Source: a virus
Taxonomy: Duplodnaviria > Caudoviricetes
Direction: 5' to 3' (one strand)
IMG/VR virus record: IMGVR_UViG_3300017956_000095
Span: 1 to 27,872 of that record
Length of the DNA: 27,872 nucleotides
Made by a program: the position numbers and the translations under genes. The first letter of the stretch is position 1, and every line of letters begins with the position of its first letter. The notes below the pieces were generated by a model. That model had not been told where the DNA came from. It did no database searches and was given only the letters and a program-made list of their open reading frames with translations. Positions 12,301-18,300 of the stretch are shown piece by piece.

Positions 12301-15300
12301 AAGTATTCAATATTCAAGCTACTTCAATAGGTTATCCGTCAGATAAAACAAACGAAGGTATGGTTTATGTTTACCAAAGATTTGGTAACAATTTTGTTTT
12401 AGATAAAATGCTTGTAGCACCAAATCGTGAGAGTGATCAGTATTTTGGTTATAATGTAAAACTTCGTGATGTTGGGAATGAGTTTTATCATGCATATATT
12501 TTAGCTAAAGGCGCTGATGAGAGTTATGATAACCCAGGAAAACTATATTTCCTAAAACAAGGGGAAGATGATAGAGTCTTTTATAATTGGGATTATTCAA
12601 AAGATAAAAGATTTAGAGGAGAGTTTGACGAAACACAATCTTATAAAGTTAGAGATATTGTTTATTTGGGTGATAAACTTTATAGTGCAAAAACAAATAT
12701 TATTGCCTTACCATTTGATATAGATAGGTGGACAGAGATACAAGATGATGAATATATTGATTATGTAGGATATATACCAAATGATTTGCCTTATAATATA
12801 ACTGGTCCATTAGGTGTAAAGTTAGATAGAGATACACTATATGATTTTGGTACAGTGTATGATGTATCTATGGATGGTGAAGTTATAGCCGCATATATCA
12901 AATATGCACTAGAACCAAATGTTATTGCTATTTACAGAAATTATGAAGGACGATATCTATGGGCTGAAAATATTTACGCACCAACTAAAGATGCAGGATT
13001 TGGAGAAAGTATATCTCTAAATGAAGATGGCAGTGTGCTAGTAGTTGGAGCGCCATTTGATGATACTGTGGATCATGATCAAGGAAGAGTTTACATTTAT
13101 AAAATGATAAACGGATCGTTTGAACTTACACAAGAAATTGAATGTCCAAATAACGAAGCATTAGAAATGTTTGGGACAACAGTAGATGTGTCACAAAACT
13201 TTTTATCTATTGGTGCTAAAAATGGAGAAGATGAAGTACCTACTATCATTGATAGTGGAGTAACAACATTTGATTTAGGTTTTACAAGTTTTAGATTTGT
13301 AAAGAAAAATGTTGGTGTTGTCCATATGTACCAAAACTACTTGGACAAATATATTTATGGTGAATCTGTAGGATATGATTTGCTTAACGAATTAGCTTAT
13401 GGTTTTGGTGAATATGTAATTTATAATAATGATCATCTATATGTGGGATTGCCAGAAATTTCTAGAAGTGAAACTTCCGAAGGAATTATTGTAAATTATC
13501 ATAAAACATCAGATTATTATCACACATTGCGAGAACCAAAACCAACTGTAGATGTTGATAAAATAAAGAGAGTAATTCTTTATAATATAAAAGAAAACAA
13601 AATTATAAAATATTTAGATTATGTTGATCCTTTACAAGGAAAAATTCCAGGATTAGCAGATGAGAATTTGAGTTATAAATTGTATTATGATCCTGCTAGA
13701 TACAATGAAATATTTAATCAAGATCTTCGGGCTATTTATAATAAAGAAAATAGCTGGGGCAAACAACAAGTTGGAAAATTATGGTGGGATCTAAATAATG
13801 CAAAGTATTATCATCCTTATCAAGAAGATGTTACTTATAGCACAAATTATTGGAGTAAAACTTTTGATTCTAACTCTATTGATATTTATGAATGGGTTGA
13901 ATCTGACATACTTCCATCTGCATGGGATCTTTTAGCTGACACATTAGAAGGTTTAGCATTAGGTATATCAGGGAGATCTAGATACGGTGATCAAATATAT
14001 GTTGAATTACAAGAGTATGATTCAGTTGCACAAATTTTTACAAAGAAATATTACTTTTGGGTAAAAGATAAAAAAGTAATACCTAATGTTGAAGGCAGGA
14101 CTATGCATTCATATAATGTTTCTCAACTGATGGAGGATCCTGCTAAGTTTGGATATCCATTTGTGGCTATGGTATCTGATTCAAGTTTTTCTATATATAA
14201 TTCAACACAATATTTAGAAGATCAAAATGTAGCTATTAGTTTCCAATATTGGAACATTGAAGATCAAGATATTAACATTCATAATGAGTATCAAATTTTG
14301 TCTGAAAATCTTGCTATTAGTGTTCCGCGTCGAGACATTGAAATGAAATGGGTTGATAGTTTAGTAGGTTATGATAAGTTTGGTAGAACTGTACCTAATC
14401 CATCACTGGACCCAAAGTATCGTTATGGAACACTAAATGAACCAAGACAAGGATGGTTTGTAAATCGTATTGAGGCACTAAAGCAATATGTTGAAAGGCT
14501 AAACTATGTTCTCAGACAACATCTTATAGTAGATAATAAATCGCTAACTAGACTGCATGAGTATGATAAGCCGCCGCTAAAAACATCGAACTTGTATGAT
14601 ATCGAAGTTGATTTGCGAGCAGATTTGGATCAATATGGAACATCAAGACTTGAGGAAGCAAAAGTAATATTAGATGTTGTAGATGGAAGAATTGATTCAG
14701 TTCTTATAACAAATCCTGGTAGAGGTTATTTTGTGTCTCCAACATATCATATTAAAAGTAGAGGACAAGATGCTATAATTGAATTTGATTTAAATTCTGT
14801 TGGATCACTAATCCGTGCTCATGTTCTTGACGGTGGTAAAAATTATCATGATGGTGCTGAAATAGAATTAAGACGATTTACGGCATTAGTTCGAAATGAT
14901 GAGACTATAGAAGGTAAATGGGCATTGTATGAGCGAGAGCATAATGCAGATTCATGGCGTAGAATACAAAGCCAAGGGTATGATGTTAGATTGTATTGGG
15001 ATTATATAGATTGGTATAAAAAAGGATTTAGTGAAGTATCGGCAGTAAAACATATTGTGCAATACTCATACGAATTACCAAGCGTTGATGATTCAATAGG
15101 TGATCTTGTAAAAATTAATCATATTGGATCAGGTGGTTGGTTGTTATTGAAAAAAATAGATAATCAATCAAATGTAGATTATACTGTAAATTATGAAACT
15201 ATTGGACGTGAAAAAGGAACCATAGAATTTAAGTCATCATTATATGATCCGTTTGCAGGGCTTGTAAATTTTGATATTATAAACTTTGATACTAATTTTT

Positions 15301-18300
15301 ATGATGGACTACCAAGCACAGAGATTCGTTATATAGCACAAGCAATAAAAGAAGATATTTTTATAGATGATTTGGCGGTGGAATACAATAAGTTATTTTT
15401 TGCTGCCATTCGTTATGTGCTAACAGAAGGAGCTAATGTAGATTGGTTATTCAAGACATCATTTATTAGAGCCAAGCATAATGTTGGAACATTGAGAGAA
15501 GATATTACATTCAATAATGATAACTTGGCTAGTTATCAAGATTATATTAGTGAAGTAAAAGCATTCAAAGCAAAAATTAGAGAATATATATCTTCATACG
15601 AAAAGACTGACTCTACTGTTAGTAGAATTACAGACTTTGACTTACCTCCATATTATAGTCCTGAGCAAGAGAAGATTGTTCCACACGCAATAAAAATATG
15701 GGATGATCATTTATTAGGAGCACAATTTGTCAATACCTACCCAAATAAAAATTGGTATGATAATAGTTCATATGTATTGACAGAAGTTCGTATTGTAGAT
15801 CCAGGCTATGGTTATCAAAGTCCTCCGCAGGTAGTGCTAACTGGAGGCGGTGGTAGCGGTGCTAAGATTAGGACTCATTTAGGGTCTAACGGAATAGTAA
15901 GATTAGCAGAAATTATAGATGAAGGTAGAGGTTATTATTCACTACCAAAGATTACTATTAACGGATCGCTTGAAGAAGGCGGGCGCCCTGTGATATTGAG
16001 TGTAAAGATTGGTAGAGCATTGCCGAGAAGCCTCAAAACAGATATTAAGTTTGATAGAATTACAGGAAAATATTTCATTACAGATTTAGAAGAAACTGAT
16101 AATGTTATATCCTCAGGGTCACAATATGTGTTTGACTTGACTTGGCCCATGAATTTGCGTAGAGGGTTTACTAAAGTTTATGTAGATGATATTGCTTTGC
16201 TTACAAGTGAATTTACATACAAAAATATATTAGATACTTCTAAAAGTTATGATAGACATCATGGACAAATTATATTCGCAGAACCTGCTCCAAAGTATTC
16301 AAAAATAAGAATAGAATATATTAAAGACGCAGAATTACTTTCTGCAGCAGACAGAATTAATTTATACTACGAGCCAGAGATTGGACAGTTTGGAAAAGAC
16401 TTGTCACAGCTAATGGACGGAGTTGATTATGGCGGAGTTGAGGTAAAAGCATTTGACTTCGGAAATAAAGTTGGATGGGATACTGAGAATTGGTATGATA
16501 CATCTTGGGATTCATATGATTTGACATTTACAGATCAGTCTTTCAAAGTTATTCCGCATATACTATCTTTTGCTCAGCTAGGTTATAAACTTTGGATCAA
16601 TTGGGGACTTATTGGTAGAGATATAAATTTTGCTAAAGATCCTCTGAATCTTCCTGCTATGGCTAGTCCAAGTTTTATCAATATTTACAACAAAGGCAGT
16701 CAGTTTGAAATGGCTGATTTGATTCATGGTGAGGATGTGCAAAAATATGCTCTAGGAACATTAACAGATCCAGATGCGTTGAGCACCATAGATAATTATT
16801 TAATACCTAGGTTTGGTGAGCTAACAGTAAATGAAATTGCTGAACTTATCAAAGATGGATTGCTAAAAGAGATTGCTTTTGAAGCTCAACAACCATTGGA
16901 AAATGGTGAGCTATATAATGTTTATTACAACGGCATAAGAATTGACGATGAACAATATGGAACTGGCAATGAGACAAATCCAAACGCCAAAGTAAAAACT
17001 ATTACAGGTGACGGGACAAATACTAAAATTTTATTAAGAGAACTTGGTATTGATCCAGAAGTAGATGATATATTTGTGTTACGCAAGCCGTCATCTGATG
17101 GTAGCTTCCTACCAAGCGAGTTTGATTACGATACTATGCTATCTGGTGGTAGTTTGACATATGCTAATGCTAAAGGTATTACAGCAGATGAGATTGTAGT
17201 AGATGGTGACAATTTTGTTACACCAATGACTAGCAAAGGACCAGAGGAACAAGTGCCAGGACACTTAGTTGATACACTAGACATTACAGTGTTTGAACGT
17301 CCTACACCAGGTGTCAGCACAATCACCAGTCGCAATTTTGTTACAGATGGAACAAATAAAATTTACCCAATAGGTGTATCTCCACTAACAGAGCATTCAC
17401 TAATGGTAAAAATAGATGGGAAGCTCAAAAAAGTAAAGACAGATTATAAAATAAACTCAGCAGATCAAACCATTGAGTTTGTGAGAAAGCCTAGAGCAGG
17501 TAGAAAAGTAAGTCTTATTACATTAGATTATAGTGGCACTGACATATTAGATGTTGATACTATTATAGCAGATGGAGTATCAGTAGATTATTACATCAAT
17601 GTTAGGTGGAGTGAAGATTTATCAAGTCAAGTGTCTGTAAATGCTGAGAATCAAGATTATACTCTAGTAAAATCAGATGATTCATCTTACCCAACTCCAG
17701 ATAATGTAGTTATACAATTTGCTATACCGCCTGCAGCAGGATCTATTATACGATACGCAATATTTAAAGGCGACGAAGGAAAATATAGTACAGTAACTGT
17801 AGATACCTTTACAGCAGATGGATCTTCAATAGAATATCAATTATCGCAAATACCAGAGCAGCAAGAGCCAACAGAATGGTACACAATGGTATTGCTAAAT
17901 GGTGAATTACTAAATCCAGGTTATGTTGAAACTATTACGCTAACAGAGGTAAGAGAATATAAGTTGAAGCTATATCAAGTTCCATTATCTTCAGTTGATG
18001 TAAAACAAATGAGAGTATTCCTAAATGATCACGAATTAGAACGTATTAAGGAATGGAGATATAGTTCATTGGAAGAAATTGATCCGTTGCTACACCCAGA
18101 TCAACAAGCAGGAAGTCTAATACAGTTACAGCGTGGGGTAGGTAAGCCAGGCGATATTATGAAAGTATATGTAACAGGACAAGAGAATCATCCAAAAAAT
18201 GCAGTAAGTTCAGGCGGTGATTACAGATATGGTTATTTTGATTTACAAGGTGAATTTGTAAAAACACCAGGTATACTTTATGTCAATAAGCCACATAATG

